64,000 nucleotides of DNA from Escherichia coli (lineage in GTDB: Bacteria; Pseudomonadota; Gammaproteobacteria; Enterobacterales; Enterobacteriaceae), in assembly GCF_048403405.1 (NCBI RefSeq), contig NZ_CP183129.1. One strand, written 5' to 3'. Below the pieces are notes generated by a model, which had not been told where the DNA came from, did not search any database, and saw only the letters and a program-made list of their open reading frames with translations. Shown here in pieces: positions 34,626 to 48,319 of the stretch; position 1 is the first letter of the stretch, and each line of letters begins with the position of its first letter. A program made the position numbers and the translations under genes.

Positions 34626-37600
34626 TTAATATTTCATTCTTGCTGGCAAGCCCAACTCTTTACGAAATGGGTTTTCATATTTATCAACATTAGCCATCGA
34701 GTCAGTTCCATCGTCTTTCATTCCCTTTGCATGCCCCATTTCATGCGCAAGAACCACACTCAACAGAGTGGGTTTCATGGCACATGCTTTGTTTTTTCCT
34801 TGATATACACATGAGCTATGGTCGTTATCAATATCAATGTAAAAACTATATTCAGTATCATCGTAGCATGTTTGGTTTATGCCTTTTCTTAATCCTCTAA
34901 ATATATATTCATGCTCTGATGACTCTAATTCTTCTGTTATTTTATGTCCAAACTTTGTTTCTGCTACAGCTTTATATGCTTCTTTTAAAGTTTTTTGTGT
35001 ACTTTCATCTCCCTGAAAAGACACTTTTAACCCTAATGGATCGAAACCAGATACCGGATTCAACGGATACTGATAAAAATTCCATCCCCCCTTAAGCCCA
35101 ATCGGATCCTGAGTGATATACCGCCCCTGCAGCGGGTCATAATAGCGGTGGCGGTTGTAATAGAGGCCGGACTCCTCATCATACTGCTGACCCGGCAGGC
35201 GGATGAGCTGCTGCAGCTGGTGCGGGTTCTCTTCATTCAGCAGGTTGCCCCATTCATCGTATTCTGCGCACCATTCTGTTGCCCCTTCCGTGCTGACAAG
35301 CGCCAGCGGCAGGCCGCGATGGTCGCAGTGGTACAGGTGGATTTTTCGCGCCGGCGTGTACACCGGGTCCATCTGGTTTTGTATCTGCTCCACCGTCAGG
35401 CCGCACGATGCCAGCCAGCGGCGGCTTTCCTCACTCACCCGGTCAGCCAGGATTTCACTTTCCAGCCGGTCGAGCATCTGCACCAGCACCGGCGGGAACA
35501 CCACACTGCCACCGTCTTCACCGCCGGACTGCTGAAGCGCATCCGCCAGGCTGCGGCGCTGCGTTTTCGCCAGCTCACCGGTGGCAGTTTCAACTCTGAT
35601 GAGTGGCGTGAAGCTCCCCGGCTGATAAACCGTCTGGATGCGGGTTCTGTCGTTCTGTATTGTGGTCAGCCGGTCGCCGTCCCAGCCGTACCAGGTCACT
35701 TCCGGTTTCCGTGACAGCGACATCCAGCCCGTCAGGTCCCGTTCACGCCGCCACACCCGTTTTGCCACCCTGCGGCCCAGCGGGTCGTAAAGATAGCGAC
35801 TTTCGACCAGCGGCTCTGCATATTGTGTCCGCGTGTAGTGCACCAGCCGGTGCCGGCTGTCGTAATGGTACCGGTGAGTCCGCTCATCATCCGTACGGAT
35901 AACCCCTTCCGGGATGAGGTCGGTTTTCTCCGTCAGCCTGCCGTGACGGTCATACCGGTAAAGATAGTGCGCGTCACGGGCGATACGGTTATCCGGCCAC
36001 ATGCTGAGGGTGCTGTCCGGGTGCAGCTCCGGGTCGGGCAGGCGGTTACCTGCCGGGTCCGTGGCATACGGGATGCGGATATCCAGATTCGCTGCGGTGG
36101 TGTGGACGCCGGTCAGCCTGCCGGTGTCGCTGTAGCTGTAACTCCGGGTCTGGCGCGGGCTGCTGATGCGGATGAGTTCGCCGTTGTCGTTCCAGGTGTA
36201 ATCGCGGTCATACTGCAGGCTGTTCAGGTGCTGGCTCTGTAACTGCCCGGCAGAGGTGTAAGCGGTGGTGAGTTCATAACGGCCGAAGCTGCGCAGCGTT
36301 TCCCGGTGCAGGCGGTCGCGGGTGAAATCCACCAGCGGTGTGTCGCCGAGTTTCATGCCTGACAGCCAGCCGCTGCCGTAGGTCAGCCATTCCACGGCGG
36401 GCAGGCTGTCCGGTATACAGCGGTTCGCCAGTCCCTGCGCGTTGTACGCATGTCTGGTTTCATGCTGCCAGAGCAGTGCTTCCGTCTGCGGGTGATGCAC
36501 CGTCTGGCGCTCACCGGTCAGGCGGCCTTTCTCATCATACCCGTAATGCACCGTCACCCGGTGGCCTTCGCTGAGATGGCTGATGCCTGTCAGCCAGCCG
36601 CGTTCGTCATACTGCCACTGCTCTGCAGGTTCACCCTTCACGGTGCGGTGAGTGAGGCGGTCTGCTTCGTCATAGTGCCAGTGGGTGACCAGCCCCTCAT
36701 CCTCGCTGCGGATAAGTTTACCGGTCAGGTCGTGGTGATAACGCTGTGTGCGGCCGTCAAAGCCGGTTTCCTGTATCAGCCGGTCAAGTACATCGTAACG
36801 GAAGGTGGTGTGGCTGCCGTTTTCACTGGTCAGGCGGATGACCCGCCCGGCAGCATCGTATTCCATACTGCGCGTCAGACCGCCCTGCGTGGTACGAACG
36901 GGCTTTCCCCACGCATCGTACTGTGTCCCGTTTCTGCTGCCGTCCGGGGCAATGACGGCGGTCAGGTCACCGGCGGCGTTGTATTCATACCGCGTTTCAT
37001 GGCCCTGCGTGTCTTTCACCGCAATTAACTGTCCACGGCTGTCGTATGCGCGGTACTGACTCAGCCCTTCCTCGCGGTGCACCGCCGTCACCTGACCAAA
37101 ACGGTCATGGTCATAACGGGTTACATAACCGGAACAGTCAGTGACGGTCAGCAACTGACCGTAACGGCTCCATGTCATGGTTTTCCGGCTGCCGGTGGCA
37201 TCTTCCGTTGCGCAGGGTAAGTCACTGTGTGGATTATCATAACGGTAGCGGGTGATATCGCCGTTGTGTGCGGTTTCCTGAATCAGACGGCCGGATTCAT
37301 CATATTTGCGGCGCAACTCCAGCCCGTCAGTCCCGGTGGCTGACGTTAACTGGTTGTGGTGGTTATAGTAAAATGCCGATGCCCTGCCATCCGGTGTGGT
37401 GATGCGCGTGATGAGTCCCGTCACCACATCCGGGCTGTACTCAGTCGTCCGGCCTGCGGCATCCGTCTGTGCCTTAAGCCCGCCCACCGCGTCAAACTGA
37501 CTCTGCGTGACGCTGCCGTCCGCGTGTTCCTTTTTCACCACCCGCTTCAGCCCGCCTTCGCCCTGCGTGTGCAGCACTTCACGGCGGTCCAGACTGTCGG

Positions 37601-38756
37601 TGATGGTGATGCGGTCTTTCTCATACTGATACGTGTAGCTTAAGCCTGCCGGGTTTAGCTGTTCTGTCACCCGCCCGTCGCTGTCGTAACGGTAACGGAT
37701 ATCCGGCCGGCCCGTGTGACGGTGCGCCACCATCCGGCCCCGGTATTTATCATCGTAAGTAAAGCTGCGCACCTGTGTATTGCTGCGGTCATACACCGCC
37801 GCCAGTTCGCCGCGTGGCGTCCAGCCATAGCGCACCAGCGGCGCGGCAGGTAAATTCTCCGGGTATTCCGGGTCGTGCGTCAGCCACACGGCAGACAGAC
37901 GGATGCCGTTGTCCCGGCCATATTCGGTGTAACCCGGCAGGGTATCAGGAAAAACGGACGGTTCCGCCCCGCCGGAAGAGGCCTGCTGCCGGGCTTCTTC
38001 TGCCCGCTGCGCCTGCGTGGTCAGTACCAGCCGGAAGTGACGCCCGGCACCATCCGTCACGCCGGTGATTTCGCCGCCAGCCTCACGGTGGAACGTCTGT
38101 GTGCGCCCGAAGCGGTCCACCAGCCCGGTCAGTACCCGGTACGGCGGCAGCGGCGCGGGCAGCACCTCATCCGCCTCCGGCACCTGCTCACACCAGCCGA
38201 GTACCCACCACGGCCCCTGCGGACTGTTTGTCGCCAGATAACGATGCGGACTCAGGCGGAGTTCTTCCGGCAGCGCCTGCCAGAGTGCGGCCAGCCGGTG
38301 ACCTTCATCCAGTTTCAGGACACCGCCACGCACCAGCCAGAGTGATTCGCTGCGGCTGTAACCGTCCTCACCGGGAAACAGGTGCTCAAAATACAGGCTC
38401 CTGCCGCCGTTATCACTGAGTATCAGTGTGTTATCGCGCAGCTGTAGGCGGATATCCGCAGGCATTTTCCAGCCGGGGCCGAGGCTCCCCACCGGCGCGG
38501 GCGTTTTTGTCCGGTAACTGCTGTAGGTGCGGGAGAGGATGAACGGCAGCGGGCCGGGCAGGGCAAGGTCGGTTTCGCCGGGAAGGACCTTCGCACCGAG
38601 CAGCGGATTGACCGGATGGCCGGACGTCACCCCGCCGGGGCACACCGAACAGGCCACGCCGGTGGGGGCACCAATACGTACCCCGGCAGAACCCTGAACA
38701 ATGCTACCGCCATACTGCGTCATGTCGCCCTGACGCGCCGCCGGTTTTCCGCTCAT
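34626..38756 (-). CDS. Rhs-family polymorphic toxin with PAAR-like N-terminus and HExxH metallopeptidase-like C-terminal tip
   Basis: 1376 aa; Gly-rich PAAR-like N-terminal region; many YD repeats; core ends ...DPIGL...DPLGL; 133-aa tail contains [20 protein letters not shown] (HEMGH coded at 34728-34745); GC-rich core switches to AT-rich coding at ~35030. Confidence 0.85.
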   Translation of the reverse strand: MSGKPAARQGDMTQYGGSIVQGSAGVRIGAPTGVACSVCPGGVTSGHPVNPLLGAKVLPGETDLALPGPLPFILSRTYSSYRTKTPAPVGSLGPGWKMPADIRLQLRDNTLILSDNGGRSLYFEHLFPGEDGYSRSESLWLVRGGVLKLDEGHRLAALWQALPEELRLSPHRYLATNSPQGPWWVLGWCEQVPEADEVLPAPLPPYRVLTGLVDRFGRTQTFHREAGGEITGVTDGAGRHFRLVLTTQAQRAEEARQQASSGGAEPSVFPDTLPGYTEYGRDNGIRLSAVWLTHDPEYPENLPAAPLVRYGWTPRGELAAVYDRSNTQVRSFTYDDKYRGRMVAHRHTGRPDIRYRYDSDGRVTEQLNPAGLSYTYQYEKDRITITDSLDRREVLHTQGEGGLKRVVKKEHADGSVTQSQFDAVGGLKAQTDAAGRTTEYSPDVVTGLITRITTPDGRASAFYYNHHNQLTSATGTDGLELRRKYDESGRLIQETAHNGDITRYRYDNPHSDLPCATEDATGSRKTMTWSRYGQLLTVTDCSGYVTRYDHDRFGQVTAVHREEGLSQYRAYDSRGQLIAVKDTQGHETRYEYNAAGDLTAVIAPDGSRNGTQYDAWGKPVRTTQGGLTRSMEYDAAGRVIRLTSENGSHTTFRYDVLDRLIQETGFDGRTQRYHHDLTGKLIRSEDEGLVTHWHYDEADRLTHRTVKGEPAEQWQYDERGWLTGISHLSEGHRVTVHYGYDEKGRLTGERQTVHHPQTEALLWQHETRHAYNAQGLANRCIPDSLPAVEWLTYGSGWLSGMKLGDTPLVDFTRDRLHRETLRSFGRYELTTAYTSAGQLQSQHLNSLQYDRDYTWNDNGELIRISSPRQTRSYSYSDTGRLTGVHTTAANLDIRIPYATDPAGNRLPDPELHPDSTLSMWPDNRIARDAHYLYRYDRHGRLTEKTDLIPEGVIRTDDERTHRYHYDSRHRLVHYTRTQYAEPLVESRYLYDPLGRRVAKRVWRRERDLTGWMSLSRKPEVTWYGWDGDRLTTIQNDRTRIQTVYQPGSFTPLIRVETATGELAKTQRRSLADALQQSGGEDGGSVVFPPVLVQMLDRLESEILADRVSEESRRWLASCGLTVEQIQNQMDPVYTPARKIHLYHCDHRGLPLALVSTEGATEWCAEYDEWGNLLNEENPHQLQQLIRLPGQQYDEESGLYYNRHRYYDPLQGRYITQDPIGLKGGWNFYQYPLNPVSGFDPLGLKVSFQGDESTQKTLKEAYKAVAETKFGHKITEELESSEHEYIFRGLRKGINQTCYDDTEYSFYIDIDNDHSSCVYQGKNKACAMKPTLLSVVLAHEMGHAKGMKDDGTDSMANVDKYENPFRKELGLPARMKY

Positions 38757-38984
38757 CTGCTCATCCTTGTATTATCGGGTTATTTGTCTGCTGACAGGCG
38801 AAACCCTACAGATTTATAAGAAAGCCTTAAGTGAGATATCTGTCAGATAAGAACAATTAGGAAAATATTTATATCACCATGATAAATATGTGATTTATTG
38901 GGAAGTAACAAACCATCAACATTTTCTGCCCTTTTTCCCATCACCAGGCCATACTGATATTTTTCCTCGCACAAAGGACTCGGC

Positions 38985-39593
38985 ATGAAACTCGTCGGTA
39001 GCTACACCAGCCCGTTTGTACGCAAACTTTCTATTCTGTTGTTAGAAAAGGGCATAACTTTCGAATTTATTAATGAACTGCCCTATAACGCGGACAACGG
39101 CGTGGCGCAATTTAACCCGTTAGGGAAAGTGCCGGTGCTGGTGACCGAAGAGGGCGAATGCTGGTTTGATTCGCCGATCATCGCTGAATATATTGAATTA
39201 ATGAATGTCGCTCCGGCGATGTTGCCGGGCGATCCGCTGGAGTCGTTGCGGGTGCGCAAAATTGAGGCACTGGCGGATGGCATTATGGATGCCGGGCTGG
39301 TATCGGTGCGTGAACAGGCGCGTCCAGCGGCGCAGCAGTCTGAAGATGAATTGTTACGCCAGCGGGAGAAAATCAACCGCAGTCTGGATGTGCTGGAAGG
39401 ATATCTGGTCGATGGCACACTCAAAACCGATACGGTCAATCTGGCGACTATCGCCATTGCCTGTGCCGTCGGATATCTCAATTTCCGCCGCGTTGCGCCA
39501 GGTTGGTGTGTCGACCGCCCACACTTAGTCAAACTGGTCGAAAACCTGTTTAGCCGCGAAAGTTTTGCTCGCACCGAACCGCCAAAGGCTTGA
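38985..39593 (+). CDS. yibF: Glutathione S-transferase-like protein
   Basis: 202 aa GST fold; divergent from rhs as in K-12. Confidence 0.85.
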   Translation: MKLVGSYTSPFVRKLSILLLEKGITFEFINELPYNADNGVAQFNPLGKVPVLVTEEGECWFDSPIIAEYIELMNVAPAMLPGDPLESLRVRKIEALADGIMDAGLVSVREQARPAAQQSEDELLRQREKINRSLDVLEGYLVDGTLKTDTVNLATIAIACAVGYLNFRRVAPGWCVDRPHLVKLVENLFSRESFARTEPPKA

Positions 39594-39690
39594 TGCGCGA
39601 TATGTCCTCCTGACCCATCTCACGTTACAATCCGTGGTTATGTTAAACGCCCTTCTCCGTGTGAGAGGGCCTTGATCAGCCAGGTTTCCT

Positions 39691-41082
39691 ATGACAACCG
39701 AAACGCGTTCCCTCTATAGTCAACTTCCGGCTATTGATCGCTTATTGCGCGATAGCTCCTTCCTTTCTTTGCGTGATACTTATGGTCACACCCGCGTGGT
39801 GGAATTGCTGCGTCAGATGCTTGACGAAGCGCGAGAAGTGATTCGTGACAGCCAGACGCTGCCCGCATGGTGTGAAAACTGGGCGCAAGAAGTCGATGCC
39901 CGACTGACGAAGGAGGCGCAGAGCGCGCTGCGTCCGGTGATCAACCTGACGGGAACCGTGCTGCATACCAATCTTGGGCGAGCTTTACAGGCGGAAGCCG
40001 CAGTGGAAGCCGTTGCGCAGGCTATGCGTTCGCCAGTGACCCTCGAGTACGATCTGGACGACGCCGGACGCGGACATCGCGATCGGGCGCTGGCGCAGCT
40101 GCTGTGCCGCATTACGGGAGCGGAAGATGCCTGTATCGTTAATAACAATGCGGCGGCGGTGTTATTGATGTTGGCGGCCACTGCCAGCGGGAAAGAGGTG
40201 GTGGTATCTCGCGGCGAACTGGTGGAGATTGGCGGCGCGTTTCGTATTCCTGATGTCATGCGTCAGGCAGGCTGCACCCTACACGAAGTGGGGACCACCA
40301 ACCGCACGCACGCTAATGATTATCGTCAGGCGGTGAATGAAAATACCGCGCTGTTGATGAAAGTACATACCAGTAACTACAGCATTCAGGGATTCACCAA
40401 AGCGATAGATGAAGCGGAACTGGTGGCGCTCGGCAAAGAGCTGGATGTTCCCGTAGTGACTGATTTAGGCAGTGGCTCGCTGGTTGATCTTAGCCAGTAC
40501 GGTTTGCCGAAAGAGCCAATGCCGCAGGAGTTGATTGCGGCGGGTGTCAGTCTGGTGAGCTTCTCCGGCGACAAGTTGTTAGGCGGGCCGCAGGCAGGAA
40601 TTATTGTTGGTAAAAAAGAGATGATCGCCCGCCTGCAAAGCCACCCGCTGAAGCGTGCATTACGCGCGGATAAAATGACCCTCGCGGCGCTGGAAGCCAC
40701 GTTGCGTCTTTATTTACACCCTGAAGCACTGAGTGAAAAATTACCGACCCTGCGCCTGCTTACCCGCAGCGCAGAGGTCATTCAAATCCAGGCACAACGT
40801 TTACAGGCCCCCCTTGCCGCACATTACGGCGCGGAGTTTGCGGTACAGGTTATGCCATGTCTTTCGCAGATTGGCAGTGGTTCGCTGCCGGTTGATCGCC
40901 TGCCGAGCGCGGCATTAACGTTTACACCCCATGATGGACGCGGTAGCCACCTTGAGTCATTAGCCGCCCGCTGGCGTGAATTGCCAGTGCCGGTGATTGG
41001 TCGTATTTATGACGGACGATTGTGGCTGGATTTACGCTGCCTTGAAAATGAGCAACGGTTTTTGGAGATGTTGTTGAAATGA
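39691..41082 (+). CDS. selA: L-seryl-tRNA(Sec) selenium transferase
   Basis: 463 aa; 4-bp overlap with selB (ATGA). Confidence 0.95.
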   Translation: MTTETRSLYSQLPAIDRLLRDSSFLSLRDTYGHTRVVELLRQMLDEAREVIRDSQTLPAWCENWAQEVDARLTKEAQSALRPVINLTGTVLHTNLGRALQAEAAVEAVAQAMRSPVTLEYDLDDAGRGHRDRALAQLLCRITGAEDACIVNNNAAAVLLMLAATASGKEVVVSRGELVEIGGAFRIPDVMRQAGCTLHEVGTTNRTHANDYRQAVNENTALLMKVHTSNYSIQGFTKAIDEAELVALGKELDVPVVTDLGSGSLVDLSQYGLPKEPMPQELIAAGVSLVSFSGDKLLGGPQAGIIVGKKEMIARLQSHPLKRALRADKMTLAALEATLRLYLHPEALSEKLPTLRLLTRSAEVIQIQAQRLQAPLAAHYGAEFAVQVMPCLSQIGSGSLPVDRLPSAALTFTPHDGRGSHLESLAARWRELPVPVIGRIYDGRLWLDLRCLENEQRFLEMLLK

Positions 41083-42923
41083 TTATTGCGACTGCCGGAC
41101 ACGTTGACCACGGCAAAACAACCTTATTGCAGGCGATTACTGGCGTAAATGCCGACCGTCTGCCGGAAGAAAAAAAGCGCGGCATGACCATCGATCTCGG
41201 TTATGCCTACTGGCCGCAGCCGGATGGTCGCGTGCCTGGTTTTATCGACGTACCCGGTCATGAAAAGTTTCTTTCCAACATGCTGGCGGGCGTTGGTGGT
41301 ATCGATCACGCGCTGTTGGTGGTGGCGTGCGATGACGGCGTGATGGCTCAGACTCGTGAGCATCTGGCGATTTTGCAGCTGACCGGTAACCCGATGCTGA
41401 CAGTGGCGCTGACCAAAGCCGATCGCGTGGACGAAGCGCGTGTTGATGAGGTTGAACGCCAGGTAAAGGAGGTGCTGCGGGAATACGGTTTTGCTGAGGC
41501 AAAACTGTTTATCACCGCAGCAACCGAAGGTCGGGGAATTGATGCCCTGCGCGAGCATTTGCTTCAGTTACCAGAACGTGAACACGCCAGCCAACATAGT
41601 TTCCGCCTCGCGATCGACCGTGCATTTACCGTAAAAGGTGCCGGGCTGGTCGTCACCGGTACGGCGTTAAGCGGGGAAGTGAAGGTAGGCGATTCACTCT
41701 GGCTGACTGGTGTAAATAAACCGATGCGTGTACGTGCGCTGCATGCACAAAACCAGCCAACAGAAACCGCCCATGCCGGGCAGCGTATCGCGCTTAACAT
41801 CGCGGGTGATGCGGAAAAAGAGCAGATTAACCGTGGCGACTGGCTGCTTACCGATGCGCCGCCGGAGCCGTTCACACGGGTGATTGTCGAGCTTCAAACC
41901 CATACACCGCTGACCCAGTGGCAGCCGCTGCATATTCACCACGCCGCCAGCCACGTCACGGGACGCGTTTCGCTGCTGGAAGATAACCTTGCCGAGCTGG
42001 TATTCGACACGCCGCTGTGGCTGGCGGATAACGATCGCTTAGTGCTGCGCGATATCTCGGCCCGCAACACGCTGGCGGGGGCGCGTGTGGTGATGCTTAA
42101 CCCGCCGCGTCGCGGTAAGCGTAAGCCGGAATATCTGCAATGGCTGGCGTCTCTTGCACGAGCGCAGAGCGATGCCGATGCGTTATCTGTTCATCTGGAA
42201 CGCGGAGCGGTTAACCTTGCAGATTTCGCCTGGGCACGGCAGCTCAACGGCGAAGGGATGCGCGAACTGCTGCAACAGCCTGGCTATATTCAGGCTGGTT
42301 ATAGCTTGTTGAATGCGCCGGTTGCCGCCCGCTGGCAGCGGAAAATTCTCGACACATTAGCGACTTATCATGAGCAACATCGCGATGAACCTGGTCCTGG
42401 GCGCGAACGTCTGCGACGTATGGCGTTGCCAATGGAAGATGAAGCGCTGGTACTGTTGCTGATTGAAAAGATGCGCGAAAGCGGCGACATCCTCAGTCAT
42501 CACGGTTGGCTGCATCTGCCGGATCATAAAGCGGGCTTCAGCGAAGAGCAGCAGGTCATCTGGCAAAAAGCAGAGCCGCTGTTTGGTGACGAACCGTGGT
42601 GGGTGCGTGACCTGGCAAAAGAGACGGGAACCGACGAGCAGGCAATGCGCCTGACGCTACGCCAGGCGGCGCAGCAGGGGATAATTACCGCGATCGTTAA
42701 AGATCGTTATTACCGTAACGATCGGATTGTCGAGTTTGCCAATATGATCCGCGATCTCGATCAGGAGTGTGGTTCAACCTGCGCGGCGGATTTCCGCGAT
42801 CGCTTAGGTGTAGGCCGAAAGCTGGCAATTCAGATTTTGGAATATTTTGACCGCATTGGCTTTACGCGTCGTCGTGGAAATGATCATTTATTGCGCGACG
42901 CATTATTATTTCCGGAAAAATAA
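41079..42923 (+). CDS. selB: Selenocysteine-specific elongation factor
   Basis: 614 aa; N-terminal GTPase motif [11 protein letters not shown] and winged-helix C-terminal extension. Confidence 0.95.
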   Translation: MIIATAGHVDHGKTTLLQAITGVNADRLPEEKKRGMTIDLGYAYWPQPDGRVPGFIDVPGHEKFLSNMLAGVGGIDHALLVVACDDGVMAQTREHLAILQLTGNPMLTVALTKADRVDEARVDEVERQVKEVLREYGFAEAKLFITAATEGRGIDALREHLLQLPEREHASQHSFRLAIDRAFTVKGAGLVVTGTALSGEVKVGDSLWLTGVNKPMRVRALHAQNQPTETAHAGQRIALNIAGDAEKEQINRGDWLLTDAPPEPFTRVIVELQTHTPLTQWQPLHIHHAASHVTGRVSLLEDNLAELVFDTPLWLADNDRLVLRDISARNTLAGARVVMLNPPRRGKRKPEYLQWLASLARAQSDADALSVHLERGAVNLADFAWARQLNGEGMRELLQQPGYIQAGYSLLNAPVAARWQRKILDTLATYHEQHRDEPGPGRERLRRMALPMEDEALVLLLIEKMRESGDILSHHGWLHLPDHKAGFSEEQQVIWQKAEPLFGDEPWWVRDLAKETGTDEQAMRLTLRQAAQQGIITAIVKDRYYRNDRIVEFANMIRDLDQECGSTCAADFRDRLGVGRKLAIQILEYFDRIGFTRRRGNDHLLRDALLFPEK

Positions 42924-42982
42924 GGAAATGATTAATTAAGTTTTAAAATAAATTAATACAAAATTCTTATGAATTTAAAAAA

Positions 42983-43018
42983 AGCACATTGTTTAATGAA
43001 TACAATGTGCTTTTTATT
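42983..43018 (+). terminator. Rho-independent terminator after selAB
   Basis: Stem AGCACATTGT/ACAATGTGCT (10 bp), loop TTAATGAAT, then TTTTATT. Confidence 0.7.
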
Positions 43019-43112
43019 AGATTAATTTTGATAATCAATAATACTGATCATATTTTCAAATGAAAATCCTCAGTAAGCTGCCCGCCCTTTTTTACACTTT
43101 CAGGAGTGTGTT

Positions 43113-44264
43113 ATGGCAGCTTCAACCTTTTTTATTCCTTCCGTGAATGTTATTGGTGCTGATTCATTGAATGATGCAATGAATATGATGGCAGATTATG
43201 GATTTACCCGTACCTTAATTGTCACTGACAATATGTTAACGAAATTGGGTATGGCGGGTGATGTGCAAAAAGCACTGGAAGAACGCAATATTTTTAGTGT
43301 TATTTATGATGGCACCCAACCTAACCCCACCACGGAAAACGTCGCTGCAGGTTTGAAATTACTTAAAGAAAATAATTGCGATAGCGTGATTTCCTTAGGC
43401 GGTGGTTCTCCACACGACTGCGCAAAAGGTATTGCGCTGGTGGCAGCCAATGGTGGCGATATTCGCGATTATGAAGGCGTTGACCGCTCTGCAAAACCGC
43501 AGCTGCCGATGATCGCCATCAACACCACGGCGGGTACGGCCTCTGAAATGACCCGTTTCTGCATCATCACTGACGAAGCGCGTCACATCAAAATGGCGAT
43601 TGTGGATAAACATGTAACTCCGCTGCTTTCTGTCAATGACTCCTCTCTGATGATTGGTATGCCGAAGTCACTGACCGCCGCAACGGGTATGGATGCCTTA
43701 ACGCACGCTATCGAAGCGTATGTTTCTATTGCCGCCACGCCGATCACTGACGCTTGTGCACTGAAAGCCGTGACCATGATTGCCGAAAACCTGCCGTTAG
43801 CCGTTGAAGATGGCAGTAATGCGAAAGCGCGTGAAGCAATGGCTTATGCCCAGTTCCTCGCCGGTATGGCGTTCAATAATGCTTCTCTGGGTTATGTTCA
43901 TGCGATGGCGCACCAGCTGGGCGGTTTCTACAATCTGCCGCACGGTGTATGTAACGCCGTTCTGCTGCCACACGTTCAGGTGTTCAACAGCAAAGTCGCT
44001 GCTGCGCGTCTGCGTGACTGTGCTGCTGCCATGGGCGTTAACGTGACAGGCAAAAATGACGCGGAAGGCGCAGAAGCCTGCATTAACGCCATCCGTGAAC
44101 TGGCGAAGAAAGTGGATATCCCGGCAGGCCTGCGTGACCTGAACGTGAAAGAAGAGGATTTCGCGGTACTGGCCACCAATGCCCTGAAAGATGCGTGTGG
44201 GTTTACTAACCCGATTCAGGCAACTCACGAAGAGATTGTGGCAATTTATCGCGCTGCGATGTAA
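43113..44264 (+). CDS. yiaY: Iron-containing alcohol dehydrogenase
   Basis: 383 aa group-III Fe-ADH. Confidence 0.9.
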   Translation: MAASTFFIPSVNVIGADSLNDAMNMMADYGFTRTLIVTDNMLTKLGMAGDVQKALEERNIFSVIYDGTQPNPTTENVAAGLKLLKENNCDSVISLGGGSPHDCAKGIALVAANGGDIRDYEGVDRSAKPQLPMIAINTTAGTASEMTRFCIITDEARHIKMAIVDKHVTPLLSVNDSSLMIGMPKSLTAATGMDALTHAIEAYVSIAATPITDACALKAVTMIAENLPLAVEDGSNAKAREAMAYAQFLAGMAFNNASLGYVHAMAHQLGGFYNLPHGVCNAVLLPHVQVFNSKVAAARLRDCAAAMGVNVTGKNDAEGAEACINAIRELAKKVDIPAGLRDLNVKEEDFAVLATNALKDACGFTNPIQATHEEIVAIYRAAM

Positions 44265-44277
44265 TCATCATTCCCCC

Positions 44278-44306
44278 AATGGCTGGCTAATTGTCAGCCA
44301 TTTTTT
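44278..44306 (+). terminator. Rho-independent terminator after yiaY
   Basis: Stem AATGGCTG/CAGCCATT followed by TTTTTT. Confidence 0.65.
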
Positions 44307-44464
44307 AAACTATCTCAAAATTTGCGATTTTTGAGAGAGTTTTAGTTATCTCTGTAACCCTTGCCCGTAAATTCGTGATAGCCGTCGTAAAGCTGTTACC
44401 GACTGGCGAATATTTCGCCAGCCACGTCTACCCTTGTTATACCTCACACCGCAAGGAGACGATC

Positions 44465-46003
44465 ATGACCAATAATCCCCCTTCAGCACAGATTAAGCCC
44501 GGCGAGTATGGTTTTCCTCTTAAGTTAAAAGCCCGTTATGACAACTTTATCGGCGGCGAGTGGGTAGCCCCTGCCGACGGCGAGTATTACCAGAACCTGA
44601 CGCCGGTGACCGGGCAGCTGCTGTGCGAAGTGGCGTCTTCGGGCAAACGAGACATCGATCTGGCGCTGGATGCTGCGCACAAAGTGAAAGATAAATGGGC
44701 GCATACTTCGGTGCAGGATCGTGCGGCGATTCTGTTTAAGATTGCCGATCGAATGGAACAAAACCTTGAACTGTTAGCGACGGCTGAAACCTGGGATAAC
44801 GGCAAACCCATTCGCGAAACCAGTGCTGCTGATGTACCGCTGGCGATTGACCATTTCCGCTATTTCGCCTCGTGTATTCGGGCGCAGGAAGGCGGGATCA
44901 GTGAAGTTGATAGCGAAACCGTGGCCTATCATTTCCATGAACCGTTAGGCGTGGTGGGGCAGATTATCCCGTGGAACTTCCCGCTGCTGATGGCGAGCTG
45001 GAAAATGGCTCCCGCGCTGGCGGCGGGCAACTGTGTGGTGCTGAAACCCGCACGTCTTACCCCGCTTTCTGTACTGCTGCTAATGGAAATCGTCGGTGAT
45101 TTACTGCCGCCGGGCGTGGTGAACGTGGTTAACGGCGCTGGTGGGGAAATTGGCGAATATCTGGCGACCTCGAAACGCATCGCCAAAGTGGCGTTTACCG
45201 GCTCAACGGAAGTGGGCCAACAAATTATGCAGTACGCCACGCAAAATATTATTCCGGTAACCCTGGAACTGGGCGGCAAGTCGCCAAATATCTTCTTTGC
45301 TGATGTGATGGATGAAGAAGATGCCTTTTTCGATAAAGTGCTGGAAGGCTTTGCACTGTTTGCCTTTAACCAGGGCGAAGTTTGCACCTGTCCAAGCCGT
45401 GCTTTAGTGCAGGAGTCTATCTACGAACGCTTCATGGAACGCGCCATCCGCCGTGTTGAAAGTATTCGTAGCGGTAACCCGCTCGACAGCGTGACGCAAA
45501 TGGGCGCGCAGGTATCTCACGGGCAACTGGAAACCATCCTCAATTACATTGATATCGGCAAAAAAGAGGGCGCAGACGTGCTCACCGGCGGGCGGCGCAA
45601 GCTGCTGGAAGGCGAACTGAAAGACGGCTACTACCTCGAACCGACTATTTTGTTTGGTCAGAACAATATGCGGGTGTTCCAGGAGGAGATATTTGGCCCG
45701 GTGCTGGCGGTGACCACCTTCAAAACGATGGAAGAAGCGCTGGAGCTGGCGAACGATACGCAATATGGCCTGGGCGCGGGTGTCTGGAGCCGCAACGGTA
45801 ATCTGGCCTATAAGATGGGGCGCGGCATTCAGGCTGGGCGCGTGTGGACCAACTGTTATCACGCTTACCCGGCACATGCGGCGTTTGGCGGCTACAAACA
45901 GTCGGGCATCGGACGCGAAACCCATAAGATGATGCTTGAGCATTACCAGCAAACCAAGTGCCTGCTGGTGAGCTATTCGGATAAACCGTTGGGGCTGTTC
46001 TGA
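44465..46003 (+). CDS. aldB: Aldehyde dehydrogenase B
   Basis: Start trimmed to [15 protein letters not shown] (512 aa); ALDH-family fold. Confidence 0.95.
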   Translation: MTNNPPSAQIKPGEYGFPLKLKARYDNFIGGEWVAPADGEYYQNLTPVTGQLLCEVASSGKRDIDLALDAAHKVKDKWAHTSVQDRAAILFKIADRMEQNLELLATAETWDNGKPIRETSAADVPLAIDHFRYFASCIRAQEGGISEVDSETVAYHFHEPLGVVGQIIPWNFPLLMASWKMAPALAAGNCVVLKPARLTPLSVLLLMEIVGDLLPPGVVNVVNGAGGEIGEYLATSKRIAKVAFTGSTEVGQQIMQYATQNIIPVTLELGGKSPNIFFADVMDEEDAFFDKVLEGFALFAFNQGEVCTCPSRALVQESIYERFMERAIRRVESIRSGNPLDSVTQMGAQVSHGQLETILNYIDIGKKEGADVLTGGRRKLLEGELKDGYYLEPTILFGQNNMRVFQEEIFGPVLAVTTFKTMEEALELANDTQYGLGAGVWSRNGNLAYKMGRGIQAGRVWTNCYHAYPAHAAFGGYKQSGIGRETHKMMLEHYQQTKCLLVSYSDKPLGLF

Positions 46004-46034
46004 TATAAGAAGCTGGTCGCATTGGGTATTCATT

Positions 46035-46102
46035 GCCTGATGCGACGCTTACGCGTTTTATCATGCCTACGGGGACCTGACCGTAGGCCGGATAAGGCGT
46101 AC
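46035..46102. repeat. REP/BIME palindromic units, the second split by IS insertion
   Basis: GCCTGATGCGACGCTTACGCG...ATGCCTAC, then GTAGGCCGGATAAGGCGT whose partner half ACACGCCGCATCCGGC resumes at 47537. Confidence 0.8.
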
Positions 46103-46144
46103 TGAACTGCACCCCAAATGTTGGACATAATCTGACATCTGAAG

Positions 46145-46675
46145 GTGCAGTTTATGAAACATTCATTTGAAGTAAAAATTGCCGCTGTAAATCATTACCT
46201 GGCCGGTCATGCAGGCATCATTTCTACGGCAAAACTCTTTCAACTTTCTCACACCAGCCTCTCACACTGGATTAATCTTTTTCTTCTTCACGGTCCTCGG
46301 GCACTGGATTGCAGACACAGGCGTAGCTATTCTCCTGAAGATAAACTTTGCGTGGTTCTTTATGCTCTCGGGCATTCTGAGTCTCTACCCCGGGTAGCTG
46401 CCCGGTTTAACATTCCCAGCCACAACACGGTTAAAAACTGGATAAAAGGCTACCGCAAATCTGGTAATGAGGCCTTTATCAGGCGCAGGAAGGAGAAAAG
46501 CATGACCCGTTCTGATGATACCCATGAAAACGAAGCAAACATGACGCCGGAAGAGATGAAGAATGAGCTGCGTTATCTTCGCGCAGAAAATGCATATCTG
46601 AAAGCCATGCAGGAGCATCTCCTGGAAAAAAAGCGCCAGGAGCTGGAGAAAAAACGAAAGTCATCCGGAGCCTGA
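46145..46675 (+). CDS. IS transposase OrfA (HTH)
   Basis: 176 aa; helix-turn-helix N-terminus and leucine-zipper-like C-terminus typical of IS3-family OrfA. Confidence 0.85.
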   Translation: MQFMKHSFEVKIAAVNHYLAGHAGIISTAKLFQLSHTSLSHWINLFLLHGPRALDCRHRRSYSPEDKLCVVLYALGHSESLPRVAARFNIPSHNTVKNWIKGYRKSGNEAFIRRRKEKSMTRSDDTHENEANMTPEEMKNELRYLRAENAYLKAMQEHLLEKKRQELEKKRKSSGA

Positions 46676-46779
46676 GGTGCGGACACTGCCAGTCTGACCT
46701 GTTAAAGGCTGCAGGGCTGGCCAGAAGCACGCTGTACTACCAGCTGTCACTGCAGAAGGCTAAGGACAAGTATGCTGAT

Positions 46780-47535
<756 letters not shown>

Positions 47536-47664
47536 ACACGCCGCATCCGGCATAAACAAAGCGCACGTTGTTACAATTTACGTTTTAAACCTACGTGCGC
47601 AATAACCCAATAACCCAGACTACGCCAACAGAAGTGCGTTTCTGGGGCGTGTTTTGCCAGGAGT

Positions 47665-47877
47665 TTAATCTCGCGTTTCGATGGTGAGCGGGCGAACCAG
47701 ACCATAAATCACCATTGGCGTTCCGAGGCCAATCAGCAATAAACGGTAGATAATTGAAGGTTTAATACGCTTAATCTGTACTGTGGATGTTTTACTGGAG
47801 TTATTCATTAGTTTGGCCAATAGTTCCATTATTTCAATATGATAAGCCTCGCACTGTTGAAAAGCCAGGCTGCACAT
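47665..47877 (-). CDS. Hypothetical small protein, possibly spurious
   Basis: 70-aa ORF with hydrophobic C-terminal half between IS copy A and yiaW; no recognisable family. Confidence 0.2.
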   Translation of the reverse strand: MCSLAFQQCEAYHIEIMELLAKLMNNSSKTSTVQIKRIKPSIIYRLLLIGLGTPMVIYGLVRPLTIETRD

Positions 47878-47990
47878 TTCAGAAAGTATATAAAAAACAA
47901 TATGTCGTTATATAAATAAGGAAATTGCACCGCATTATGGTATTTCATAATATGCGTTAATTGTTCTTTTCTATATTCTCTGAGGGAAAT

Positions 47991-48314
47991 ATGTTCCTGG
48001 ATTATTTTGCATTGGGAGTGCTTATTTTTGTATTTCTGGTGATATTCTATGGGATTATTATTTTACATGATGTTCCCTACCTGATTGCTAAAAAACGTAA
48101 TCATCCACATGCCGACGCCATTCATGTTGCTGGTTGGGTAAGTCTTTTTACGTTACATGTTATCTGGCCATTTTTGTGGATTTGGGCCACGCTTTACCGC
48201 CCGGAGCGGGGATGGGGAATGCAAAACCATGACTCCTCCGTTGTGCAACTACAACAGCGTATTGCCGGGCTGGAGAAACAGCTCGCCGACATCAAATCCT
48301 CTTCTGCCGAGTAA
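47991..48314 (+). CDS. yiaW: Small inner-membrane protein (DUF3302-like)
   Basis: Start trimmed to [13 protein letters not shown] (107 aa) with GAGGG RBS; paralogue of yibI. Confidence 0.85.
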   Translation: MFLDYFALGVLIFVFLVIFYGIIILHDVPYLIAKKRNHPHADAIHVAGWVSLFTLHVIWPFLWIWATLYRPERGWGMQNHDSSVVQLQQRIAGLEKQLADIKSSSAE

Positions 48315-48319
48315 TACTT

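Noticed and set aside
35148-38419. Multiple 60-190-aa plus-strand ORFs inside the rhs gene
   Set aside because: GC-rich antisense frames of the Rhs core; Arg/Pro/Ala-rich, no coding signal.
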